Of a DNA stretch of 64,000 nucleotides, positions 15,001 through 20,511 are shown in pieces (position 1 is the stretch's first letter; every line of letters starts with the position of its first letter). The stretch lies in assembly GCA_043797125.1 (NCBI GenBank), contig JAZDPX010000014.1:1755-65754 (forward strand). The letters run 5' to 3'. The stretch comes from Candidatus Omnitrophota bacterium. GTDB lineage: Bacteria; Omnitrophota; Gorgyraeia; JABMRG01; JAFGKX01. Below the pieces are notes generated by a model that was given only the letters and a program-made list of their open reading frames with translations, searched no databases and was not told the origin of the DNA. The position numbers were made by a program, and so were the translations under genes.

Positions 15001-18000
15001 TGATTTAACCAAGACTGTAACAGCAGTAGATACCTTAACCTTTGATAATACCGGCACCCAAATTATTACCCATACTTTAACCTTAACCGGTGATTCAGGC
15101 GACGGAGACCTACTTTCGTTAATAAGTGATTCCAGCCCCAATCAATTCAGCATTACTTTACAGGCAGGAGGCGCTCAAGTCTTATCTTATCTTGATGTTA
15201 AAGATTCCGATGCTTCAGGCGGAGTATGTTTAGCCGCAGGCGCAAACTCAACTAATTCCGGAAACAATTTAAACTGGAGTTTCCCGGTGAATATTACCGG
15301 CACTGCCTATCAAACCAACGAAAGCTCGTTTTTAGCCAATGGTATAGACATTACCTTAATGGCCTATGATGTAAACGGCGTGTTGCTTTCCGGCTATCCG
15401 CAGACTGTGCAAACCGCAGGCGGCCTCGGTGGTTTTACTTTTAGCGGAGTTCCTTTAGCAGTCGGCGGCAGCTATGTGGTTTATATAAACGGCGCAGGAA
15501 CAGGGGAGACTGGAAACACCATCGGTACTACTGACGCCAGCGCTATTAATCTCTCGGTGATGGATGACCATATTATTATTCGCACCGACCACGCAAGCGC
15601 CACTGCTTCAAGCTACGCAGTTACAAACAGTATCCTTTCGCGTTTTGATAATGATGATGACACTGATATGCTTTATACGGTAGCAGCCGGCGATTTAACT
15701 GTAGAAGACGGCGTAGAGCTATACATCAACACCGGCGACTTCTTTACTCCCGCAGGAAATGTTACTACCGGCACCGACCCCACTAACCAGGAATCCTTAG
15801 ACCTAAACGGCACCTGGACTGAAACCGGCACCGAGACCTTAACCATTAACGGCGACTTTGATTCTACGGGAGGAACTTTTACCAGAGCCAGCGGGACGGT
15901 AAAATTTAACAACGTCTCCTGCAGCATTACCGGCTCGCAGGATTTTAATAATGTGGAGTTTTACGCTGATACAAGCTCTAAAACTTTTACCATTTCTGGC
16001 GGAACTATTCTAACGGTTAATGGAACACTTACCCTTAGTGGGGCAACGGGTATTACCTTAAACACCGGAGATATTTACACCAAAGGGAATATTAGTATTA
16101 CTAATAATTCATCTTCAGGTGGCGGTTCAGCTACTATTACTATAAATGGCAGTAGCACTCAAACCATTACTGGCGTTGGTACCACTAATTATCTACCCAA
16201 AGTTACCATTAATAAGTCTGGTAATAGTGGCGATCTTGTTCTTTCTGGCGTAATCAGGGTTGGCAATGATCTTACTTTTACTACTATTGGCAATGGCTTG
16301 TTTACTACTGCTGGCTCTACTGTGTGTTTTTACAGCGGCATTTCTGGAGAAACTTTTGACATTTCCGGTATTTTTACTCTGAATAATGTTTATTTTGGCT
16401 ACACTGTTGATAGTTCAGTTTCTTATGTTATTAATGATACCTTGACTATTGCTGGGACACTATATTTACAAGGAACCCTAAACCTTATCATTAATACTGG
16501 TACCATCAACACCCAAGGTAATATCACTATTAGCAATACCAGTACCACCGGAGGCGGAACAGCCACTATCAACATTAATGGCACCGGCAGCCAAACTTTA
16601 GACGGCCCAGCTACAGCAGGACAGGGGAAGCTTCCCAATGTTACCATTGAAAAAGACTCCGGCACTCTCTACTTAAGAGACATCATCTCCGTCGCCGGCG
16701 ACTGGACTTATACAAAAGGCACAATAGATATCGCTACCTACGACAACACCGTAGCCTTCTACGGCACGCATAACTTAGACGGCCAGGGCACAGTAGATAC
16801 CATGGCCTTTAAGAATGTTACCTTTGCCGGAGTAACTACACTCACCGGTAACTTAGATGTAAATAACGACTTAACCATTGATAGCGGCTGTTCATTAGAT
16901 ACCAGCGCTACGGATTATTCTATCAACGTAGGCGGAGACTGGATAAACAATGCCGGAGCTGTTGGTTTTACTGCCAATGAAAGCTTAGTAACCTTAGACG
17001 GCTTATCCCAAGCCTTCACCGGCTCAACTACCTTCTACGATTTAAGTAAAGTAGTAACAGCAGCTGACACTTTAACCTTTGACAATACTGCTACCCAGCT
17101 TATCACTCATACCTTAACCTTAAAAGGCGAGTCAGGAAAACTGCTTTCCTTAAGAAGCGACTCTAACGGCGTGCAATACACCCTTACCTTACAAGCAGGC
17201 GGCACCCAGGACTTAGCTTACTTAGATGTTAAAGACTCTGATGCTTCAAGTGGGTTAGTATTGGTAGGAGGGGCTACTTCAACTAATTCCGGAAACAATT
17301 TAAACTGGAGCTTCGCTATAACCATAACAGGCACTGCATACCAGACCAATGAAACCTCATTCTTAGCAAATGGCATTAATATCACATTAATGGCTTATGA
17401 CGTAAACGGTAACTTAGTTAGCGGCTATCCGCAGACCGTGCAAACCGCAGGCGGCAGCGGTGGCTTTACTTTTAGCAATATTGCTTTAGTCTCCGGAGGA
17501 AGTTATGTAGTCTATATCAACGACTCCGGAACAGGCGAAACCGGAAACACCGTTGGCACTACTGATGCCAGCGCTATTAATCTCTCGGTGATGGACGATC
17601 ATATTATTATTCGCACCGACCACGCAAGCGCCACTGCCTCAAGTTATGCGGTCAGCAACTCCATTTTAAGCCGCTTTGACAATGATGATGACGCTGATAT
17701 GCTCTACACTGTTGCCGCAGGTGTCCTCACTGTGGAAAACGGCGCTGAACTCTACATCAACACTGGCGACTTCTTTACTCCAGCAGGAAATGTAAATACC
17801 GGCACAGACCCCACAAATCAAGCATCCTTAGACCTCAACGGCACCTGGACTGAAACCGGCACCGAGACCTTAACCATAAACGGAGACTTTGATTCAACTG
17901 GCGGCACCTTCACTCGTGCATCAGGCACAGTAAAATTCAATAACTTCACCGGCAGCATCACTGGCTCGCAGGATTTTAATAATGTGGAGTTTACGGCGAG

Positions 18001-19918
18001 TAGTGCCTTTAAGACCTTTACTATTTCCGCTGGCACCATACTTACCGTCAACGGTACGTTGACCGAAAGTGGGACAGCCGCTATATTTTTAAACACCGGC
18101 GATATCTATGCAAAAGGGAATATTACTGTTACTAATACTACAACCTGGGGTGGTGGGTCAGCCACTATTACTATTAACGGAAGCAGCACCCAAACCATTG
18201 AGTATGTTGCTGGTGCCAATAATAGACTCCCAAAAGTTACCATCAATAAACCGGGTGATAGCGGCGACCTTATTATTTCTGGTGGCATTTCTGTTGCTAA
18301 TGATTTTACTTTTACCACTATCGGCAATGGTTCTTTTACCACTGCTGATTCCAAGGTAAATTTTTATGAAGGCGCTTCCGGAGAAACTTTTGATATATCT
18401 GGTACATTTGGTTTAAATAATGTCCAGTTTGGCGCATGGAGTTATACCCCCACTTTTATTATTAGTGGCACCTTGACGCTTACTGGATATTTATCGATAA
18501 GTACGACTACTGGAATTACCTTTAATGTCAATGATACCATCAATGTCTCTGGTTATTTCGAGTTGGGTGGGACCAAAACAATTACTGTTAATACCGGTAC
18601 CATCAATGCAGGTGGGGCTATTTTTCTTACTAACACTGATACTTCCGGCGGAGGCACTGCTACGGTCAACATTAATGGTGCAGGTAGTCAGACCCTGAGG
18701 GGTTATGGTGTCGCCGGTCAAGGCAGGCTTCCCAATGTTAAGGTAGAAAAAGATGGTGGTACGCTTTACTTAAGAGACACCATCTCCGTTGCCGGCGACT
18801 GGACTTATGTTAAAGGAACAATAGATATCACTACCAATGACTCTACAGTAGTATTTTATGGAACTCACAATTTAGACGGTCAGGGCTCGAGCGCGACTAT
18901 GACTTTTGATAATGTTACCTTTGCCGGCGCAACTACCTTAACCGGAAACTTAAATGTTGGCAGTAACTTCTCAACCAATTCCGGTACACTTGATATAGCA
19001 ACCTACACCGCAACTGTCAGCGGCGCAACCGACTTAAATGATACCTTAACCATTTCTACCGGCACCTTTAACGCAGACGGCGCATTTGACGGAACCGGCG
19101 CCACCATTACCTTTACCGGCGAAGGAAACTTAGTCCTATCTTCAACCGTTACTGCCGTAGCCGCTAATCTTACCAATACCATGGGCGAAGTTATTTATGA
19201 CGCAGCAGCCGATCAAACCATAGACACGGGCATTACTTATCATGATTTGACCATAAACAACTCAGGCATAGCAATAGCTACTCAAGAAGCAGGCACATTA
19301 AACATTGCCGGCAACTGGACTAATAACGGCATCTTCAATGCTAATAATGGCACAGTTGCTTTTACGGATATTTCACAAGCAAGCACAATAGCAGGTAATA
19401 CTACATTCTATAATTTTGTTTGCGAAACAGCGGGAAAGACCCTGACATTTACCGCCGGCACAGAGCAAATTGTTACAAATGACTTAACCATAAAAGGCGC
19501 AATTGGTAACACCGTTACCATAAATGACACAGGCGCAGGCGCAACACCGAAGCTTAGCCTGCAAGCAGGCAAGACCCAGGATATTGAAAACGTAGATGTA
19601 ACCAACAATGACGCTTCAAGCGGACAACAGCTTATCGCGGATGGCGCATCAACCTTAAACGGTATCACCACAAATTGGTTGTTGGCCAGCGGCGTTGTTC
19701 CTCCAGCTACAACAACCACAGTTGACCTAACCAATATTTTAATAATACAGGGCGCCTGCGGCATGTACGGCAATTACTTTATGCTTCAGCCAAAAGCAAA
19801 ACCCACCATATGGGAAATGCGCGTTCAGCGCATGCTGCTTGAAAGATGGTTCTCTTTAGCAGATCTTCAGTATTTAGGCCTTACTATTCATCCTGCCTTT
19901 AAACCGAAGAAGAAATAA
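2..19918 (+). CDS. Giant repetitive surface/adhesin-like protein, 5'-truncated by the window edge (at least 6616 aa): SBBP beta-propeller plus long T/G/D/N-rich repeat modules
   Basis: The ORF track gives 68..19918, but the frame is open from base 2 (IDPDFQGTIQSLTIDGYSGDIAMQ), so the true start lies upstream. It has the F.PNQGQ...LVIDP domain that typically precedes SBBP repeats, 7 YSTYLGG repeats and recurring ...DSDAS.G..L.GG.TSTNSGNNLNW module ends. Confidence 0.85.
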   Translation: MDPDFQGTIQSLTIDGYSGDIAMQRTLTINGNLSFLGNSYISFDNPALAPSSQERFKISLKGDLIIDNTNAWVYAAISLCSSQDQNLRILKGTVYGAITIDKASGRVIFGDFDLTKLPLYFVPNQGQVPDSQVKFYVSSGNRLMYFTPTGICYLFSQTDPDTGVKTWVPVNLSFLDASGNAVISPELLTGALFSYFLGNDLAQYHAGLPSYYKITYTGLYPGITLSISSQQSNLKTEYVVAPGIDYCQIKLSYENITSLEIDSEGNLIIRTSVAELTELKPYVYQYIDGVKVVIDAEFEILSANSYGFKLGAYNQDYALVIDPTLWLTYSTYLGGSSQDYGRAIAVDSSGCAYVTGSTQSADFPTSNAYQGSSGGSDDAFVTKFNSAGSALVYSTYLGGSDNDAGYGIAVDSSGCAYITGNTSSTDFPLQNAFQSSKSTGSDAFVTKFNSAGSALTYSTYLGGTGSGDYGKGIAVDTSSCAYVTGYTDSTDFPLQSAFQGTKGAGYDVFVTKFNAAGSALTYSTYLGGNNNDFGRSIAVDSSGCAYVTGEARSTDFPMQSAYQGTHGGGLWDAFVTKFNAAGSTLAYSTYLGGSGGDYGYGIKVDSSGFAYVTGSTISTNFPTQDPYQGANAGNSDAFLTKFNAAGSALVYSTYLGGAVNDYGRSIAIDPSGCAYVTGETSSSADFPTQDPYQGSYGGSTWDAFITKFNSGASALVYSTYLGGTAADYGTGIAVDSAYIAYVAGYTASTDFPTESPYQGSNGGNGYNDAFVAKLNFGISVSGTVYTNEGKTANVSSGVTIGLSVHGLTKTTNTTDANGAFTFYSVPVDADNTITLFVDDNGSYEANLVSQAADGTSAISVEMYTNKIVLRYESAGPMTNTLLNRADNSGDDDIHYTFSGSDITFDTGYEVWIDSGKTYTPGAAVSVDSLENNGTFNPEANAITVRGSWDNDGTFTSSGTVSFTTASSATIDTGGVGASCDFENLTVDKSGGILQLTGNHLEVDTTLTITAGTLDMNGKNITEADTISVTGTLKLQGSETTSVAPTNNAGSTIEYSATTAIKDWTYKSIKLNGSGAVFTLPGDITANENFEITLGEFQQGANKNLTVKGDFTIAAANATFTKGTGTSKLILDGSGTTPTFYGPTTPQNLGVVQIGASPGDVYLNADFMADSITVDAGDVFYTMGYEVDAGSGGITLVTGAPGGEIDTTDQDAAGYEKDGTIITCAGAFTINAGAVFTKCSTASYESLVKMDGGGAANFKSSSQDIGNFQISTANSNITLQDALNADDITIDGSTTLTAGANAVNCAGDWDNSGSFSSSAAVTLDGTAQSILGSTTFYDLTKTVVLADTLTFDSAGEQIITHDLTLNGADTELLSIVSNNPGTRAALTLQAGGTQDLQYLDVQDSDASAGLTLAGGATSTNSGNNLNWSFPIDIDGIAYAADEAATLGNGIDIILRAYDLSGNLLAGYPQTATIAGGLGEFSFSGVTVVAGGALVFYIDSTDTGGNAGNTYTITDATDIADMQIFYSHLNVRDDTAYVTKIPVTNTILNYYDNGSDSANMIFNVNAGAMTMENISELKIDSTGSFAPGGDVTTGITVADAGSDNLVFNLDGAWTESGASAETLTIKKHSDFSGSFTKGIGTVVFSNATQTINGTQEFNNVTFTYNGTGAAAYFTINNTLTVTGTLKFAGTYGVSLSTGTINAEGNIEITNTSTRNPEGTATIKINGDGNQIITGSPAADQGQFPGKMYISKDSGDLTLTDGTFIRIGSDWTFDKMLNDGQLIVTGSTVVFYSNLTITATVAGDHGLNNVTFATSTGADYYQPEIAAGTILTVEGNLFFDGPRQVRLNTGTIWVYGDVTTDIADDDGGGSALIVFKGANPQKLTGSGAAGTGKLCDIEIAKTNGTFTLESIICVDGHWTFTSIGAGSIVNTDSTVIFYGNHNVTCEGDITMAFNNVTVAGNTRTLTGDLDVDGALIIDSGCSLNNAGNHAINVGGNWDNDNGGTFTSGNATVTFDGPSAATIYTGGAGANFDFNNVIIDKDADGTVVQISGNLWEIDGTLTITQGVLYLNGQSITNSTGLSIEDAGTLRLNGSENIPWAANDINTGTWEYIGAGAGPYNIKDFGADDYHNLTINATNDSDIFQLTAALKVYGDLTIDGGELNVTDTDYQINVAGNWENNDTFTPEEGTVILDGSGQSILGSTTFYDLTKTVTAVDTLTFDSAGEQIITHTLTLTGDVGDGDLLSLVSSTPGTRAALTLQAGGTQVLSYLNVQDSDASGGLTLAGGATSTNSGNNLNWSFPIDIDGIAYEADEAATLGNGIDILLRAYDLSGNLLAGYPQTATITDGLGGFSFNGVTAVAGGVLVFYIDSTDTGGIAGNTFTITDATDIIDMEAFYRHLNIRDDTAYVTKIPVTNTILNYYDNGSDSANMIFNVNAGAMTMEATTELKIDSTGTFAPGGDVTTGTTVPDDLIFNLDGTWTESGASAETLTIKNDCDFTGGTFTRGIGTVKFTTSGTDITGSQEFYNLSFIAPNAVYAIEALTELTVHGTLTIQATHASNAYILLNGGTINAKRDITLSVTTPGAASNLGPCTATVNINGTVDQTITGTSVGDDSVGVALPNVNISKDPGSTLFLKDYIAFCATSWTYTKGTIDIATYDSTVRFHDADMTISGSLILDNVWFSARNSDTFEIVNTLTVNNLTISGFSGSPTLNTGTINVKGDIDLSGGGSGGGGTATIKINGLNIQTITGSGTANYGKLPNLTIEKLDDTGNLVLSSIISIAGNWIFNTIGANDTVVNTGSTVVFYGNKNLDGEGDITMAFNNVIFGASGGGTRILIGDLDVDGDLTINGSSILDNNTSGTFDISVGGDWSNSYRFISGAGTVTFDGGTSATLNSGGTGQYFDFNDIIVAKTGAAVLQLSGNTLEIDGTLTINDGVIDLNGQTITNSTSLSIEDAGTLRLIGTETIPWAANDIDTGTWEYIGGGSTTYTLKDFGADGGNDYYNLIINSSVGTADTFQIDGVKNLKVAGDFSLNSGTFSANGRNQNIAGDFSLALGALYTKGGTLTFDGATAASYTDSTVGLQNVGAVSLNKTDAGDPATNNKLTLLSNMLCDSLTVDGTGGSADTLAIGANTITATGATDLNGTLTISTGTFNADGAFDGTGGTITFTGEGNLVLSSTVTNVASSLTTTMGEVIYDGAAAQDVDTGITYHDLTIDNSGGFIATQEAGTLDINGDFLINDSNAKFTAANAGNIEVYGSWTNNGTFTANSGTVTLNGTSQAINGSTTFYNLTKSVAAATTLTLDNTATQLITHTLILNGDVGQLLSLRSDSTPNQFSITLQAGGTQTLSYLDVKDSDASGGLTLAAGSTSTNSGNNLNWSFPITITGTAYQANGTSYLANGKTIEMRAYDLSNNLVSGYPLTVDTADGSGGFTFSNATVVTGGILVFHIHDETENGNVYTITDGNSFSMNLLQNFLIIRSDSAAASASNCITNAKLDIYDRGQDTNDMLFTVTAGALTMDTSSVLRVRSSGYFTPGGNVTTGTTIPSLASAVYDLDGTWTETAGDTLTIQNTCTFDGTFTKATGKVKFNTGSDTSSIIGGTQDFYDVEFNNPTGSEITFSISNTLTVYGTLTQSGAGNVRLVGGAINAKGDIVIGNTGGTGDTTGSTTININGTTDQEIISTVGVGEGKLPAVTINKPGDSGDLTLTGIVNVGNNFTYTSMGNGLFVTDDSTLAFCNASITASGTFIVNNLTFYNGRAPSYTFNIGTITVNGTLTLAGSGPIGLNNGTINAKGNLATTNTNTNCSGIMTININGDVPQEFSGSATMGQGKWPTIVINKTDTLTLKNIISIYWDWTYTAGTVDATTNDSTVAFYESHNLDGQGAGGTMAFDNVTIAGGTRTLTGNLDVDGNLTINSGCALSSGNYAISVGGDWDNDNGGTFTSGNATVTFNHASAATIYTGGVTGNYDFHQNIEINKDASTTVVQLSGNGLDVDGTFTITKGIFYLNGQPISSGTTLSVTDNGTLRLNGNEAMSWTSNSTATGTWEYVGAGAGPYNIKDFGVNDYHNLLINASNGTDVFQLTAALNVDGDLTIDSGELNVTDTDYQINVAGNWENNDTFTAEEGAVVLDGAGQSILGSTTFYDLTKTVTSPDILTFDSTGEQIITHTLTLNGDTGDGDLLSIVSDNPGTRAALTLQAGGTQSLSYLDVQDSDASAGETLNGGATSDNSGNNLNWILPTDVSGTARQTDETDPIAGIVGILLKVYDPSTGLQRGGDYTDDTDNDLGTFTMTSALMKDGDILIIYIDGAAEDANTFTIADGSDMAGVDLYDDHLVIRNEIAGSTTPITNTILNYWDSNDDADMVFAVNSGALVMSTAKDAELYINSGDYFAPGGDVTTADGIPSGQHTLDLNGTWTESGASAETLTIKNDCDFTGGTFTRGIGTIIFSTASATLDIYGDDTQDFNNVTFYGGAATFAIEADTVLTVNGTLKIEAVGGTVYVYLLTGTINAKGDITLLISTGSTDYRTVEGTATININGAGDQTITGLSSSDGISSVSLPNVNISKDTGTLYLKDFFRVSGDTWTYTKGSLDVTTYDSTVEFFSGMTIIGTHALDNVTFTGNSVPDEIAAGTILTVNDELTIGAFNYVWINTGTIYAKGNITLNGLCTNNASGGSATIIINGAGDQYITGTDTAGTGGRLPNIEISKDSGILYFDNIITLTNYDGNITWTYTKGTVDATTYGSTVAFYDTTNVDAEGMAFDNIIIGGYVALASGLDADGDLTINSGRTLDNSGNYAISVGGDWDNDNGGTFTSGNATVTFDGASAATIYTGTTGANVNDFQNVIIDKDADGTVVQLSGNTFEIDGTLTITQGVLYLNGQNITNSTTLSIENAGTLRLIGTESVPWAANDFDTGTWEFVGAGSGTYVITDYYTHYFNLLLNSGDGTDEFQLGAALDVDGDLTIESGELNVTDADYQINVAGDWTNNDTFTAEEGAVVLDGLGQSILGSTTFYDLTKTVTAVDTLTFDNTGTQIITHTLTLTGDSGDGDLLSLISDSSPNQFSITLQAGGAQVLSYLDVKDSDASGGVCLAAGANSTNSGNNLNWSFPVNITGTAYQTNESSFLANGIDITLMAYDVNGVLLSGYPQTVQTAGGLGGFTFSGVPLAVGGSYVVYINGAGTGETGNTIGTTDASAINLSVMDDHIIIRTDHASATASSYAVTNSILSRFDNDDDTDMLYTVAAGDLTVEDGVELYINTGDFFTPAGNVTTGTDPTNQESLDLNGTWTETGTETLTINGDFDSTGGTFTRASGTVKFNNVSCSITGSQDFNNVEFYADTSSKTFTISGGTILTVNGTLTLSGATGITLNTGDIYTKGNISITNNSSSGGGSATITINGSSTQTITGVGTTNYLPKVTINKSGNSGDLVLSGVIRVGNDLTFTTIGNGLFTTAGSTVCFYSGISGETFDISGIFTLNNVYFGYTVDSSVSYVINDTLTIAGTLYLQGTLNLIINTGTINTQGNITISNTSTTGGGTATININGTGSQTLDGPATAGQGKLPNVTIEKDSGTLYLRDIISVAGDWTYTKGTIDIATYDNTVAFYGTHNLDGQGTVDTMAFKNVTFAGVTTLTGNLDVNNDLTIDSGCSLDTSATDYSINVGGDWINNAGAVGFTANESLVTLDGLSQAFTGSTTFYDLSKVVTAADTLTFDNTATQLITHTLTLKGESGKLLSLRSDSNGVQYTLTLQAGGTQDLAYLDVKDSDASSGLVLVGGATSTNSGNNLNWSFAITITGTAYQTNETSFLANGINITLMAYDVNGNLVSGYPQTVQTAGGSGGFTFSNIALVSGGSYVVYINDSGTGETGNTVGTTDASAINLSVMDDHIIIRTDHASATASSYAVSNSILSRFDNDDDADMLYTVAAGVLTVENGAELYINTGDFFTPAGNVNTGTDPTNQASLDLNGTWTETGTETLTINGDFDSTGGTFTRASGTVKFNNFTGSITGSQDFNNVEFTASSAFKTFTISAGTILTVNGTLTESGTAAIFLNTGDIYAKGNITVTNTTTWGGGSATITINGSSTQTIEYVAGANNRLPKVTINKPGDSGDLIISGGISVANDFTFTTIGNGSFTTADSKVNFYEGASGETFDISGTFGLNNVQFGAWSYTPTFIISGTLTLTGYLSISTTTGITFNVNDTINVSGYFELGGTKTITVNTGTINAGGAIFLTNTDTSGGGTATVNINGAGSQTLRGYGVAGQGRLPNVKVEKDGGTLYLRDTISVAGDWTYVKGTIDITTNDSTVVFYGTHNLDGQGSSATMTFDNVTFAGATTLTGNLNVGSNFSTNSGTLDIATYTATVSGATDLNDTLTISTGTFNADGAFDGTGATITFTGEGNLVLSSTVTAVAANLTNTMGEVIYDAAADQTIDTGITYHDLTINNSGIAIATQEAGTLNIAGNWTNNGIFNANNGTVAFTDISQASTIAGNTTFYNFVCETAGKTLTFTAGTEQIVTNDLTIKGAIGNTVTINDTGAGATPKLSLQAGKTQDIENVDVTNNDASSGQQLIADGASTLNGITTNWLLASGVVPPATTTTVDLTNILIIQGACGMYGNYFMLQPKAKPTIWEMRVQRMLLERWFSLADLQYLGLTIHPAFKPKKK
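986..2326 (+). repeat. Seven SBBP-type beta-propeller blade repeats
   Basis: 7 copies of YSTYLGG..D.G..IAVDSSG.AYVTG.T.S.DFP.Q..YQG...G..DAFVTKFN. Confidence 0.85.
2327..19680 (+). repeat. Long-period coding repeat modules of about 680-1080 aa
   Basis: The Trp codon of the NNLNW module end recurs at 4277, 6881, 10115, 12677, 15275, 17306 and, degenerate (TTNW), at 19676. Confidence 0.8.
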
Positions 19919-19921
19919 GGC

Positions 19922-19949
19922 GGTCGATAGTCGATGGTCTATGGTCGAT
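19922..19949 (+). repeat. Heptamer tandem repeat (R)GTC(D)AT x4 just after the giant gene stop
   Basis: ggtcgat agtcgat ggtctat ggtcgat. Confidence 0.8.
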
Positions 19950-19964
19950 ATCCAATAAAATATA

Positions 19965-19993
19965 TTGCGGATGGCGTTCGTTTAAGGTAAAAT
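19965..19993 (+). promoter_or_regulatory. Putative sigma70 promoter
   Basis: TTGCGG-17 nt-TAAAAT upstream of the ATG at 20012. Confidence 0.4.
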
Positions 19994-20011
19994 AGCGCAA
20001 GGAAAAAAGAG

Positions 20012-20386
20012 ATGAATCAAAAGATAAAGTATCAACATAAAGAACTTGCTGCCGGCAGATGGGCTAAGCTTTCCCTTTGCGAGCAAATGGCTAATATAGG
20101 AAGCGAAGTCAGCCGCGCCCTCAACTGGCAGAATAAAGGAAACAAGGAACTCTGCCAGAAGGCGGCAGCAAGGTCGCTTGAGCTTCTTGATTTAAGTTTA
20201 GATTCCGCGAAATCCTTCCCAAGGATTAAAGAATTTGCCCGCCTACGAGAGGCAATAGCGGATTATTTTTACGGACAGAACGAATTTTCCTCATCCGAGG
20301 TTCTGTGGCGCAAGTATTTTGACCGCTTTGCCTATTGCCTGCGCAAGTTACATAAACAGGTGCCGTTTACCAAGCCAATCGGCTGA
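20012..20386 (+). CDS. Small alpha-helical hypothetical protein (HKELAAGRW...EQMANIGSEVSRA)
   Basis: 124-aa ORF with purine-rich RBS and amphipathic helical pattern; function not recognised. Confidence 0.7.
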   Translation: MNQKIKYQHKELAAGRWAKLSLCEQMANIGSEVSRALNWQNKGNKELCQKAAARSLELLDLSLDSAKSFPRIKEFARLREAIADYFYGQNEFSSSEVLWRKYFDRFAYCLRKLHKQVPFTKPIG

Positions 20387-20418
20387 GTGTCCCCAGCCTA
20401 ATCGGCTGAGTGTCCCCA
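20377..20418 (+). repeat. 19-bp direct repeat aatcggctgagtgtcccca x2
   Basis: Exact copies at 20377-20395 and 20400-20418; the first contains the stop codon of the upstream ORF. Confidence 0.85.
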
Positions 20419-20448
20419 TTGCAAATTCAGCATAAGAACAAAAAGTGC

Positions 20449-20477
20449 TTGCATTATTAAACACTTTATATTATAAT
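20449..20477 (+). promoter_or_regulatory. Putative sigma70 promoter for the LRPMA/AFxECA gene trio
   Basis: TTGCAT-17 nt-TATAAT. Confidence 0.6.
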
Positions 20478-20511
20478 ATATAAACATTTAAGTTAAATAT
20501 AAGGTAATAAT

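Noticed and set aside
4260-17995. Diversity-generating retroelement TR/VR pairs among the near-identical blocks
   Set aside because: Differences look mostly synonymous and not adenine-specific, both copies are in-frame coding, and no reverse transcriptase is present.
2184-19773. Many short antisense and alternate-frame ORFs within the giant gene (and within housekeeping genes)
   Set aside because: They are shadows of biased repetitive codon usage, with no RBS or domain signal.
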